The notes under the pieces were generated by a model that worked only from the letters and a program-made list of their open reading frames with translations, did not search any database and was not told where the DNA came from. Below are positions 1 to 13,510 of a DNA stretch of 64,000 nt, one piece after another. The first letter of the stretch is position 1. The number at the start of each line of letters is the position of its first letter. Source of the stretch: Sarea resinae (lineage: Eukaryota); contig JAPEUD010000002.1 in assembly GCA_026026165.1 (NCBI GenBank), forward strand, positions 186,001 through 250,000. Direction: 5' to 3'. The position numbers were made by a program, and so were the translations under genes.

Positions 1-3000
1 TGCGTACGACGATGTGTTTCCTGACTATTCAAAAAACTAGGTGGCGGGCACTACCTCGAGCAGGTGTCTGTAGCGCCTATAAGACTGGTTGGGAAAAACA
101 CAGAGGAAGACTCGATAGAAAGTGTGACGCGAATAGATAAGCCTTTAGAGATGTCGCAAAGTCTGGACGTGAACTCCTAGACTGACCAGAAGTTAGAGAG
201 CCTGATCAGACAATTCCAGGCGCTGAAGGTAACAGAAGGGGAGACATTTCAGATGTCGAAAAGAATGCCGGATCCTGAGTTCGATCCGGGACCTAGGAAA
301 GACTCTGTTCGTGTAGAAACGCTGTACAAGAAGAAAGGGATAAAGGTGAAACCAGTCGATTAGTCAACCTCAGACAGGAGCACGCTAGGAGGAGCAAGGG
401 ATTGGAAAAAGGCCGCGAAGGAAGCTGATTAGGACGACCTGAAGAAGTCTAGAGGAGACAAGTTAGGCTAGGAAGCTTAGGATTTCGACGCCCTGTTAAT
501 TGAGAAGTTTTCAGACCTTCTACAAGGAACGAGACTCACCTTAGAGCGACTAGGAAAGATGATTGTTGGCGATGATATGACTGACCGAGAAAAGGAGATG
601 CTGACCGCTATGCTTTATAACCGCGAAAAGGCACTGGCATAGGAGTTCTCAGAAATTAGAAGGGTTTGTCCTAAGGTTGCGCCTCTGCAAGAGATCTGAA
701 CTATTCCACATGAGGCATGGCAGGCGAGCAGCTTCTTGGTTCCGCGGGCACTGACCGAAACGATTATCGAGATGCTTTAAGAAAGGCTTAAGAATGGTCT
801 CCTCGAACCCTGCCATAGGCCTTACCGAAACCCCTGGTTCCTAGTGAAGAAGAAATCCGGAAAATATCGCATGGTAAATGCAGCAATAGCAATCAACAAG
901 GTCACGATACGAGATGCGAACCTCCTACTGTCAGTAGAGGAGTTTTCAGAGGAATTTGCAGGAATGCAGGTGGCCTCCTTAATTGATTTCTTCTCTAGAT
1001 ACGACCAAATCGAGTTAGCAGAGCATTGCCGAGATTTGACCGCGTTTATAACACTACTTGGCTTGCTACGTCAGACTACCTTACCACAAGGGGCAACCAA
1101 CTCAGTGGCACAGTTCGTGAGGATTGTTACTAAAATCTTGGCCGACCATATACCAAGACTAGCTAGGCTGTTCCTTGACGATATCGGCGTAAAAGGGCCG
1201 AAGACAAATTACAACAATGAGGAGATCCTACCTAGCATAAGGCGCTTTATGGCGGAACATATTCAGGCACTAGACAAGGTCCTTGTTGACATCGAGCGGT
1301 CAGGATGCACAGTTTCTGGAGAAAAGTCACAGTTCGGCATGGGTGGCATAAAAATAGTCGGATATGTATGCGACTCAGACGGCAGGCATCCTGACAGCAC
1401 TAAGGTCCTAAAAATTGTCGAATGGCCAGAATGTAAGAACGTCACAGAAGCCTAGGCCTTTATTGGAATTTGCGTCTACTATCGAATTTTTATCCAGGAC
1501 TTCGCGATCATAGCCAGACCAATATTTATCCTATTCAAGAAGGATGTCGATTTTACCTAGGGACAAGACTAGATTTTCGCTATAGACCAGCTAAAGTACG
1601 CTCTGACTTCTGCACCCGCGCTTGTTACAATAGTCTATAGACTAGAAGGAGGAGAGATAATCCTAGCTGTCGACGCAAGCTTGTTAGGTTAGGGAGCAGT
1701 GCTAATGCAGATCAACCTACATACTAGAAAGCGACACCCTATCTGGTTTGAAAGTGGTCTGTAGAACGATGCTGAAAAGAAGTATGATGCTAGGAAGCGA
1801 GAATGCCGAGGACTACTCAAAGCGTTGAAGAAAGTACGAGTCTATTTGTACGGCTAAGAATTTACAGTGGAATCAGATGCTAATACGCTTGTGGCTCAAC
1901 TAAACATGCCAGCATCGGACCTCCCTAGAGCATTAGTTACGCGCTGGCTAGCCTGGATACAGCTATTTGACTTCACAGTCCGCTATGTCCCTAGACAGAA
2001 ACACAGTGCCGCGGACAGCCTGTCTAGACGACCTGCAACAGCAGAAGACCTAGTCGAAATGGAAAATGAAGTAGACATAGACGACGTCATCGATGCTGAG
2101 CTATATCCTGTGAGAGTTTTTCCTATATCAGTGGAAGGAGATGCAGGACCTGTCCTTGAAGAAGGACTCTACTCCGAAGAATCAGAACGGATCGCGCGCT
2201 GGCTCATACATCTAGACCGTCTAGAAGATATAGATAGCAAGGAATTTCGACACTTCAAAAACCATGCAGTCAAATTCCTTGTACGCGACCGCTATCTGTT
2301 TAAGAGAGCCTTAAAGAACATGCCTCTCTAAAGAGTTGTGGATAAAGAACAAGATCGCTGTCAAGTCCTTAAAGAAGCGCATGATAATAGTGGACACAGA
2401 GGCTAGGAAGGAACCTACTGAAGGATTGCAGACAAATACTAGTGGCTGAAACTGTTCCCTGAGGTTGCACAGTATGTTCGCAGCTGCGCGGAATGTTAAC
2501 AGAGGAAGCTAAATCGGCAAGAAGAAGCCTTACACCCTACATAGTCCTTTGCATGCTTTGAGAAAATCGGACTAGACATGATTCACATGCCGTAGTGCAA
2601 TCAGAAGAAAAATATTATAGTGGCTCGCGATGATTTCTCTGGATAGGTTGAAGCAAGGGCGCTGACTAATGCGACCTCAGAATCAGTTGCAAAGTTCCTC
2701 TAGGAGGATGTTATCTGTCGACACAGATGTTTCTAGAAACTTGTTACAGACAGAGGACTAGAGAATAAACGCGCTGTGGAAATTCTCGCCGAAAAGTACA
2801 AGATCAATCATGCAGTTGTCTCTGCTTATCACCCTCAGGCAAATAGACTCGTAGAAAGGGGCTATACCCCTATTGTTAATGCTTTATCTAAATTGACAGA
2901 AGGCGGCAGAAATAATTGGGTCGAACACCTTCCTGCAGTCTTATAGGCGGATCGAACCACTGTTCGTGCTAGCACTGGCAAGACACTGTACGAAGTTTTA

Positions 3001-3699
3001 TATAGCTATGATGCTGTCCTTCCTGTTGAGCTTAGACTTCCTACATAGCATATACTGGATTAGGGTTCGGTGCGCAGCACTGCTGACCTCTTAGCTCTTC
3101 GAGCTCGTCAACTAGAACGCTGTACTAAGGACCTTAAGAACACACGGCTCTACCTACGAAGAATCTGAGAAGAAAATAAGGAGTTATTCGACGACTCTTA
3201 TCAGCTCTGTCAAACACCCTTTATGGTCGGGAATATGGTATTGTTACACGATACTAAGCTGGACAACAATTACACGTCAAAGCTCGCCTTTCGCTAGATA
3301 GGACCCTATTAGGTCACGTGGGTAGACCTAGACAGAGGAACGCACAAATTAGAAGAGCTAGATGGCAGCCCCCTAGCTAGCACAGTTCATAGCAACAGGT
3401 TAAAGCTATTTGTTCAGCGAATTCAGCCTGAGACAGACTCTAGAGCCTCTTCGCCGCCGCCTAGCAGTCCTAATCAAGATCAACGTCTGACTACTCCTTG
3501 CAGTCCACAAACCCCTCAGTCACCACGCACCCTGCAGAGCCCTAACACGCTAGCTTTGTAAGAAACACTAATCGATAGTGATGCAGGAGATAACAACAAT
3601 GAAATCACTGCTGAGGATGCAGAAGCCCTTTAAGCATATGTGCTGCCACGAAGCCGTCGCTTTGCAGCCAGGGTAGTTATTCACCGCCAGCCACGATAA
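1..3699 (+). pseudogene. pol: Gypsy pol (reverse transcriptase, RNase H, integrase), broken by RIP stop codons
   Basis: One reading frame throughout. RT motifs IDFFS(G)YDQI, LPQGATNS, FLDD (844-1455). RNase H VDAS and ESDAN. Integrase HHCC (HDNSGH...CAEC) and core motifs GLD, VTD, YHPQAN.LVER. GPY-type C-terminus, no chromodomain seen. Stops fall at expected CAG/CAA/CGA/TGG codons. Confidence 0.95.
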
Positions 3700-4714
3700 G
3701 CTAGGTTATTAGAAACTACTGGACCGCCTAGCAGTTTCTAAGAAAAAGGGGGGGGTAGAGGTGCATGCATATGCACCGCTAATGCACGGAAACTCAATTG
3801 AAACCACCTACAAACGCCACATATAACACCTCACAATACGACTACTCATACCCGATTAAAACCACCAACAGAAACCTATTTACAGTGTTACAAGCTCGAA
3901 TATCCAGCGCAAGCATGAGATTACTACTGGCATCAACCTGCTAGCGAAGGAGCACAAGGCAATCAAAGGCGCAAAAGACTGCTCATTAAGCCGGCACTTA
4001 TGACTCAGCATATAGGAAAACACACGGCGCAACTGACTCGCTGCATGACTAAGCAACAAGATATAAGCCGGCGATGATCCTACTCGAGCAACCGCAGCAA
4101 TTTACCCGCGATTTACACACGGATTACACGCTATTCATACGTGGCTTAACATTACCTTACCTTTTGCAGCGTTCCTCACCAAAAAGTGAGGTGAGGCTAA
4201 GCGACAAACAAATAACAACAAAGCAACCACCACACACCTAGAATCAGCTATAGCACGCCAGCAACCGCTATAGCAATCAATAAAAGACAAAGAAAAAGAG
4301 TTTCTTACCGCCGATGTTCGACGATAATTATCTGGATATCCAGATCAGGCCAGCTAAGCGAGGAGTATAAATATCAGGCCGACCCTGCCTGCCTCTATCC
4401 TTCCTACATACTTCCTACATCTCTTTATGACTGCCTGCTGCCGCCGCTCTGTTCTTCTTTTACTGATTCTTCATACTCGATCCTCATTGGCTCGCTTACA
4501 GTCCTTATCCTCATTGGCTCGCTTAACATCCTATCTCTTGATTGGTTCGGTTATGTCCTTCATCCTAATTGGTTCGCTTAATCCGGCATCTTCTGAAAGA
4601 AACTCCGCCCTTGTCATTACAGACAGCTATACTATCCGATGACAAGCTCCTTCTGCATTCCTATCCAAATCACTATTAGCAACTTCTAGACAGTCTAGTA
4701 GTTAGAATCACAAC

Positions 4715-7700
4715 ATGTCAGACACTGAAGAAACAATTGTTCTGTCTACCCCTGCGCCGCCCTCCACATCTTCTCATTCTAAAGGCTAAGCCCTCTTTCT
4801 CACACTGAACGTACCGCTTCCCTAAACCAACGATGACGATGTCAACATGACAGACGACCCGGCAAATATGGCAGAAGCACAGCCCGAAGAAACCGCTCAA
4901 CCACATAAACCTGTCACAGAATCTTTAGGACCGTCTAGAAGTTCAGAAAGCTAAAGCCGCGAGGAACCGATCACTGATCTAGCCACACAACTCGCTCTCG
5001 CTCCTACTAATGCTGTGCAGCATCCCCCGCCTACAGCCCAGTCAATGCTCACAATTCACAGAGTGAACTTTCAAAATGTTGAGCACTTTCTGTCGTACAT
5101 TAGGACCCTGGACGAGGAACTACAGAAGGAATGGTTCGCCTGATTTGTGGAAGAGATAGGAACGAAGATCGCCGAGTTCGCCTATTTGTTTACGCTTGCC
5201 GAGGATAGGATCCAACAGTATCCGGCTTTAGTCAAGTTACTCAATAGGAAGGACGCGTCCATGCAAGAATTCCGCCGAGTTGCGGCCACAGGCAGAACAG
5301 CACATAAACGAATAGCCAAGGCGAGAGCAGTTATCTAGAAAGAATAGGGATTAGACGACTCAGCGAAGCTCATGCCCCCGGATAAAATGGCAAGGAATGT
5401 CTTAGATGCTATGAAGGCCGTAGCACTGAAACATTCGTTTAAGGAATCAATGAAAATGGTCAACACAGCCGCCATCCTCCGATTACGCAAAGGCAGAGGG
5501 AGAGGAGCAAACATGATAGCAGTAGGACAGATCTCGGCTGACTGGACTGCTGTGGCCACGGCGGTAAAAGCCAAAAATCGGACTCTGACAGTCATAGACA
5601 TCACTGACGCAGAACTCGCCAAATTCAATGGTTATATTGACGGCCATAGCATCCTTCGAAAAGCGGAACCAGGGTACAACAGAAGACGAATATTTTTGAC
5701 CCAGGAAATCGAGCCGGCAGCTACCACAGAACATCAGGACAGTCCAGAAGTTGCGGACGACCATGAATCTGATCACAAAGCAGATCTGCCAGAAGCGGGC
5801 ACGCTAAACATCGGGACGGTCCAGAAGTCTGAGGATACAGAAACCCTAGACAAGAAGAAGGAAATTCCAAAAGACTGTCGCTGCTCTAAGATCGTGACCA
5901 CTGAATTCAAGACAAACATCACTAGCAAGAAAGAGGTGTCCACGACCACAGCGATGGCATATGTCGATCAATAGGCTAGATGGGTGCAGGATAGCGATGC
6001 AAGTCTCTGCCAAAGTCATTTACAAGCACTTGCCAGCCGATTTGGCCTACAGACCTCACGGCGTGACGAAGAATTAATCGAGCGCCTATCGACTATTCAG
6101 ACAACCCAGGACGTGATAGGACTTAAGGTTCGAAGAGACTCTTATTTTTGGTTTCTAAAAGATCATCGCCCAGCCTGAGAAAGTGACGCACGCGGCCTTT
6201 ATCGCTTGAAACCAGAAAACGAAGACCAGGACTATGTCCCTAGTTTGCAAGGGATTCGGAGCCAACTGACCGCTGACATGCACACCAAATGGAAAAAGGA
6301 GGGCTCAGTCATAATTCCGAACGTGGTAGCTTGGTTTGAGAAAGCAGGCCTTAGACACATTGTGAACGACGAATTCGACATGTATAGGCATTATCAGCGA
6401 GCGATAAATAGGGCGACTGACATAGGGTAGAGTCGTGCTATAATGCACTCTATTATACAACAAGTCATCCGGCAGGACCCTATAGTTTACGCGATTACAG
6501 TATTGCACAGACCAGACCACGCCACCAGTTTAGTCTCATATCCCTATTACGCTCGTCATGTCTGTCCAAACGACCGAATTGCGTTTTTCCACTTAGATCA
6601 GAACATCTGGCAAATCGTCGAAGAGGGACAAGGAGCAAACATGATACAGGTAGCTGTTTCTATAGATGAAGAAGACAACGACAATTGTGTTAGACTCCTG
6701 CTAGGCATGCATGATAAGATCGGCGATTAGGCAAAAGAAATCGCAGTCTAGGAGCCAAGGCGATACCAACAAGTTAGTAAAATTCAAGAAGTGGATACGA
6801 AATTATGGACTAAAGCGGACAAAGACAAGCTGCACCTAAAAGTGCAAAGACAGCCCTGCTCTAGATATGGCCTTCGAGTAACTATGCCTACGATTCCCCA
6901 CGGACCAGCCCTGAAACCAACAAAAGTTCGGCGCGTGATCTTCCTATGGCTCGTCAGGGTCGAGAAGGACCACAATACACTAGAGATACCCGAATCAGGG
7001 AGCTGGAATGACATAGCAATTGCGCACAGGGATTTGGTACCAGCGCCTAGCAGCCTATCAGGACATCCGAATACGCACGGTTCAGTTCCCCACAAATTCT
7101 TGGCTAGTGTAGCGGTCACTAGGCTCAGGGCCCTATCTGATGCATTGGTTAGCTAGAGGCGATAGGATGACCCTGCAGTAATCGAAGAAAGAGATATCGT
7201 TCTAGGAAGTGAGGCGCGAAAGCTGAGAGAATTTGTCGAGGAATGGCAGAGCACGGCTATAAAAATAATTAAGAAGAGTTGGACCCTAGTGGAAAAGGAG
7301 GAAAGACGCATCTACAGCCAGAAATCATTCTTTTAGGCAAGAGATCACAACGTGAACGTCACAAGCGATGATAAAGATCTAGAACCGTCTGACTACAAAT
7401 ATGACAGCGATAAGTCTGCCGAAGAAACACCTAGACTGTCTAGGAGTTTGCCCGGCACTCTAGCCAAAAGCTCAACCTCAATTCCGAAGTTAACATCACC
7501 TCAACAAACACCGTTCGAACAGGTCGCTCAGAGAGTCTGCGAAGCTAAGAATGCGCAGCAACCGCCTACTAAACCCACCACAGTCTCCTCTCTGGCAGGA
7601 GCTACGTCCCTGTCTGTTCGCCCGTCTCCCTTCGGCATAGTTACAAGTCCTATTCAGTTTGGCACCACCGTTCTTCGCCGCCGCATACCACTACGCCTAG

Positions 7701-7984
7701 TTGAGCTTCTAGAGGGCACACTAGTACTGCCACCAATCAAAGATGTTTTCGACAAGACCGTCTCCTGTCTGACCCGTGCCGCCGAGAATATAGAGCTTGA
7801 TGTGGCATTACAGCAGTTTGCCACTGTATCACCTTTAGGATCAGAGCCAGCTAGGACAACGAACAAGAGAGATCGATCAGATTCTGACGACGCGCTAGAT
7901 CCGAAACGTGTTTGTCGCTCCTCTAGAATTAGGGCTACACACCCTTCTGCTAAGCACAACGATAATGATCTTGTTGAAAGTTAA
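4715..7984 (+). pseudogene. Gypsy A cargo ORF (~1089 codons) with a PhyH-like 2OG-Fe(II) dioxygenase core
   Basis: ATG at 4715 and track ORFs 5147, 5372, 5984, 6206, 6443, 6791 and 7352 are all in one frame, separated only by RIP-type stops. FFHLDQN (HxD, 6590-6598) ... NMIQVAVSID ... NC...LGMH ... IPHG (distal His ~6899) ... RR match the double-stranded beta-helix dioxygenase pattern. Confidence 0.8.
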
Positions 7985-8015
7985 GGGGCACCTTTCACTT
8001 TGTAGAGGGGAAGGA

Positions 8016-8415
8016 TGTCATGGGTCAGAATGGTTCGGTCAGGATTAGTCAGCAAGTCACGTGCATTGTTCTTAGGGCATATGGTTCAAGGAGGATGGTG
8101 TTACGTTAAGGGGTCAGGATCAATTTAGAAGTTCATCAGTTCAGTCATGTTTAGTTTTTCAGGCAGCTTTCAAGCGCAGAGCAGTTCTTCATTCTTTAGT
8201 TAAATCAATCAATCGAGAGCTCTCCCACCACTTCCTTCCTAGAGGAGCAGTCACCTTCTGATCCCTCTGCTTCGTGCTATTCCACCGATTATGCCTCAGT
8301 AGTAGGTTGTTAAGTAGTTGTTATAGCTATCTCGTCGACTACACAAGGAGTCATCAGGACCGTCTAAGTGTTCCGCTTCAGCACTGATTTGGTGCGTCTA
8401 TTTCGTCCCTCTATA
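8016..8415 (+). repeat. 3' LTR of Gypsy A (400 bp), preceded by the polypurine tract
   Basis: TG...TA(CA) ends. The 3' end GTGCG.TCTA.TTTCGTCCCTCTATA resembles the end of LTR B. PPT at about 8004-8015. Confidence 0.85.
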
Positions 8416-10200
8416 ACGTTAGGAATGCACATTCTCTTAATTAAATTTTAGCTGTATAAACTCTCTCCTAATAACTCTAGTAGATAGCTGTATTGTATTA
8501 CTCTCTCTATAGTCTCTCTGCTATATTTATTTAGTTATGCTAAACCTAGCAACCTTTAATGTTAATATTTAAGCAAATACTTAGATAGTACACAAAGGTC
8601 TATAGCTATTAAGTCTAAACCTATAACTATTACTTTAGCTTTAATTCACTATGTTCTAAAGGTGTTACAAAGAGATCCTATATAGCGAATAGTTATCTAG
8701 CAGCAATTATATTATAATACTTTTATCTTCTAGTAGTAGCAGACTGCTTATACAGATATAGGTTAATATAGAAGCCCTTAATAGGATTCTAAGATGTAGA
8801 AAAGCACAACCTAGTCTCTCTTCTACTAAGTTGCTAATGTTATAACTAGCTGCCTAAGAGTAATGTGTTAATAATACAGATATTAGTAAGAGTATCCTAG
8901 TCTTAAAAAGACAAGCACTTCTATAATACAACAGCACTATAGCTCTTTAGAGTATACTTAGTCTCTTATAACAGGTATAATACATACACTTAAGGCTCTT
9001 TAGACTATAGTAAGATATTGCTATATGTAATAAATCTCTTAACTAATACCTCTATCCTTAATACTAGTAATATGCTTTAGCACTAAAGACTCTCTAAACC
9101 TTAGAGCTATTTTCTTAGTTAAGCTAGTAACGCTTTCTCCTTAAGATAATTCTATTAGCAAATCTTCTATAGCAGATTATAGAAAACTACTAGTTTAAAC
9201 AATGCTTTCTTCTTTACTAGCTAGGCCTTTGAATTCTAAGGCGATAATAGGTTTATAATAACATTTATAATTAATATACAAAGATCTTACTAAGGATTCT
9301 ATAGAGACTAGGCCTAGAAACTAAAATTTCTATTGCACTAGATATATAGCAGAGTCTAAATAAGATATCCTTTCTTTCTATAATAGAGTATTTTATTAAT
9401 AAAGACTAGAATTACTAGGAAGTCCTTCTAGGGTTTAAAAAGATAACTAGAGAGCACTCTAGTTGTAATATAGCTACATTACTACTTAATTAACTTTAGT
9501 GTTTTAACATTTAGGTTTGTCTTTAATGTTTATAGTAATGCTTTTAGGTAACATTACATTGTAGGATTATATACTAGCTGTAATAACAGATAACGCAGGT
9601 AATAACAACATAATGCGTTAAGAGCTAATAAGTCTACTTACTAATCACTATTAGATTGTATAGGATTATAAGGTTGCTTATATACCTTACCTTACGCATA
9701 TTATTTAGCTTGTAGTTGTGGCTTTTAATAAGTGCCTAAAAATTACTGCTTTAAATAAGTCTATATAAGATACCTAGTTAGATACAGACTAAGAGCTGCT
9801 TTAGCAGCTTCCTTCTAAAGACTCTTTTAGCAGCACGTTATAAAAGGTAAGTGCTAATAACCCTTATCTATTACTACCTCTAAAGTTTCTAGATTTATAC
9901 ACTTACTATCTATATTACTACTTTATTATAGCAAACTACGCGCTTTTATAATCTGCAGCTAACGCTAGTTAATATAATCTAAGATGTTAAAACTTAATAG
10001 AACTTAATATATAATATGCTAAAGCAGGCCTAGCAGCTATAAGATACTCTTTAGATGTTTTTTATTAGTAAAACTAGTCTTATTATATGTAGAACTTATG
10101 TCTCTCCTACTAGTTAGGACTATATTCGCTATCTAATTATCTTACTAAAGCTATTTAATAATTAGATAAGAGCTATGTCTTAGACTAAAGGCGTAACTAT
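8416..10200 (+). mobile_element. Oldest hAT copy (copy 3), internal fragment with the 5' part of the transposase, heavily RIP'd and with internal deletions
   Basis: Reverse-complement match to ~14680-16595 of copy 1 (e.g. aggaatgcacattctcttaa). Interrupted by Gypsy A on the left and Gypsy B on the right. Confidence 0.9.
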
Positions 10201-10589
10201 TATAAGAGATTAAACTAGATTGCACTAGATAAGTGCTAGACAGTCCTAAAGATATAGGAACTACTAAATTGTAATAGCGCTGCTATGCTTAATAGTTGTT
10301 GAGTGTGTTATTGTCTTAGGTCTCTCTGCTAATATATCTTAGAGAACTTAAATAGGCAGCAGAACAAGCGTATTAATTAATAGGAGCTATTAGCCTATAG
10401 CTTAGTAACTAAGTAATAAGAAGAAGAGAAGAAAACTAACGCGCTAACTGCTTGCTTAACTAAATGCTAGAAAACTAATAACTAAATACATGCTTAAAGA
10501 ACTAATAATGCCTCCTTTTAAACCCCTAAGGAACACAACCCTACTACTAACACCTAATAACTAAGCTATTACTAGTTTACCCTATCACA
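10201..10589 (-). repeat. 3' LTR of Gypsy B
   Basis: Near-identical to 36813-37201. On the minus strand it begins TGTGATAGGG after the purine tract AGGAGAGAAAGA. Confidence 0.92.
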
Positions 10590-13510
10590 TCTTTCTCTCC
10601 TATAAAAATAAAGTTAGCCCTTAACTTTACTAACACACAAAAGACATGTCTGTTAAGGAAAAGGTAGGAAAAGCGTTCCTATAACTTGTTGCCCCTACGC
10701 TTCCTAGTTAAGCAGCAGAGAGATAGGTCTGTTACCTGTCTATACAATTATAGCATTTCTTACATAGTCTAGCTATCGAACAGATTAGACAACTTATTCC
10801 CTAGTAGCAGAGCTTCTTAAACACTTTTATAAGGAGATGTTTTAGGATTTAATAATGCTGCAGTTTTCTGCTTCTTTAAAGGACAGGCTAGGAATAGTCC
10901 TTGTTGTTTACACTTATTAGGTTTAGAACTCCTAGCCTGTCTAGAAGAACCTTTGCTAATCATGTTATAAGTAAGGTCTTAAGAGAGTTAGTCTATTAGA
11001 TTAAGCAACTGCATTGCTTTTGTTATTAGTTAGTCTTAGACTTAGGCAAACTCTTTGCTTGCTGCCTTTTCTATATTATTATTAGCAAAGACTAGCTTAA
11101 TATCTAATTTAACAGCGAACTTTCCCTTAGCTAGGCTAGAGGAAACAATTTTATAGAGGTCTTCTAAAACATCTAATTCTTCTAACTGTTTAGAGTCTGT
11201 GTCATTATTAGATACATGTGTTCTGTGTTCTATAGAGTAGAAATATAATTTGTTTCTATAGAGGCGCATTTCTATTCGCTTAAATACCTTAAAGGCTTTG
11301 CAGTATTAGCTTAGGGCTTAGTGTCTCTATCGCTAAAGATATCTAGTGACCTTGTCTGCATTGTCCTCTATAAGAATTCTTCGCTCCTCTATAACTTCTA
11401 GCTTATTAAATCTCCTCTTTCTAACTAAGTAATTAGATGTAGCCCCTAACTCTATTAATAAGACTGCTGCTAGAAATTTACCTAGGACCTCTCTATACAT
11501 ATTAGGATGCCTGCTTAGGCTGTTTAGTAGAGGTGTTAGGTCTCTAAAACATGCAGATATGTTCTCCTAAGTTCCTAACTCTAAAGCCTCTAGAGTCTAG
11601 TAGTTAGTATAGACACAAACTTTCTATAGATAAATAACGCGGCAGCAAGCTATTAGCTTTTTAGTAGTCCTATAGGCAGCCTTAGGATTTGTAACTCAGA
11701 GGTCCTAGGCTTAAAGAGGCTGCGCAGTCTTTATTATGCTAAATCTTTCTTTGTCTGCTTTTATAACCTATCTTCTATTAATAGTAGTAACTTTCCTAGT
11801 GTGTGTGTATAGCTTTAGGTTGTGTTTCTTAACTTCTTTAGCCTAAAGTTTAAAGGAATAACTTATGCTAAAGTAGACTATAGTGCAATTTTGTTTATCC
11901 TTAGGTTTAATAGCAATAGCAAATTAAATTATATTTGCGCCTTAGTCCTCCTTAGCTAGCTTGCAGACATTCTAGTCTAAATAGTAGAATCCTATATAGT
12001 TGCCTTTAGATAAGGATTTAGTATAGTAAGGATAGCTAATAAGCTGTATGTTCTAGTCTAGCTAGTAGAAAACAGTAATTAGGTAATACTACAGGTCTAT
12101 GTTAATTAGCTGCTAGAAAAGAGAGTAGAACATTATCTAAACCTAACTCTAATTAGCTTTCTTATTAACCTTATGTTAATAATGTTTGTAGCACGCAAAT
12201 TCTTCCTTTACTATATCTGCTAGTCTAGGTGCTAACTCTATCTATTAGTAAGCTTTGTTAATAATAACTAATCTATTTTTATCCTAGTCTGCTATATATG
12301 TCTTAAACTGCTGTTTAGTGTAGGTATAGGTAGGTATAAACTCCTCTATATTAGTTTCTGCCTTTAACTAGTATAACCCTCTAGTATCTGCTAGGCGCTT
12401 AGGTTAGATCTTCTTACTAAACTAAACGTAGGTTTCTTTCTTAACTATAAAATCCACGAAATCTCCTAGCTAGGCTAGGAGCTCCTGAAATTGTTGTCTT
12501 AATTCTATGTCTAAAGCATTATTCTTTATGCTAATACGCGATGCAAGTGCCTTTATATAGTTTTAGCAAAGCTGTTTAGTATTATATGTCGTGTTAATTG
12601 TCTCCTACGTTTGTAATAGCTTAATCGCGATTGTAGAGGTGGCTAGTTTCTTGCTTGCAACTGTATCTAGGAGCAAAGCTAGGACCTATAGAGTATATTT
12701 ACAGCCTTTAACAACTAGCTTCTGTTTGACTTTAGATTCCTTTAACAGAATCTTCTAGCCTGTCTAGGAGTTCTTAACTAGCTGTGATACTCTAATAGTT
12801 AAATTTAACATAATATTCTTAGCCCTAAGCAATAACAACTTAGTAGCAAGTGCTTTCTTTTCTAATTCCTCTTCTAGAAACTCCTTAGGTTTCTTCTCTT
12901 TATTATTGTTAGTAGTAAGTCTCTCCTTTATAGCGTCTTTATAATCTGTCTTCTTCTTTAGTAGATCTTACAGGCTATTCTATTCTAGGTCAGCTTCTCT
13001 AAGGATCCTATACATATTAACAAGTGCTTCTACTATCTAAAGGTCTTTCTTAGTGAATAAGAAGATTTCTAACTAGGCTGTCCACTTGGGTTTAGGTACT
13101 CGGCCTAAATTAAGGTTTGGGCGGGTTAGCCCGCCCGATTACATAATCAGGTTGGGTTTGGGCGGGCTCAATTGGCTGTAGGGCCCACGGCCTACCCATC
13201 GGGTATATGCGGGTTGATTGATAAGATAAGGAGTAGATTGATAAGATAAGATTATTGAAAGGTAACACATAGAGGTAACATCTAGAGGGTAAATGCGATG
13301 AAACTATAGGAATTGTAGAATAAGAATAATAGTATAATAATACACTCTATATGTTTAGTTTATAGTGCCCTACATAATCTACACTATATGAAAACCACTA
13401 AATCATCCTCTAAACCTTTATGATGTAGTATGTTTTACCAGAACTAATTCTACTCTAACAGAGATAAATATATGCTGTAGCACATACAAAGCAAACTACT
13501 ACAGGTGTAA

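Larger units (their letters stand above)
1..8415 (+). mobile_element. Ty3/Gypsy LTR retrotransposon 'A' (5' part lies outside the window), moderately RIP-mutated, with an extra 3' ORF
   Basis: RT-RNaseH-integrase order in pol. Purine tract AGAGGGGAAGGA immediately before an LTR starting TGTCA at 8016. LTR ends ...CCCTCTATA (RIP'd ...TACA) at 8415, where hAT sequence resumes. Confidence 0.93.

Noticed and set aside
4715..7984. env-like gene or an independent host gene
   Set aside because: No signal peptide or transmembrane segment is evident. It has dioxygenase motifs and sits inside the LTR boundary in two elements.
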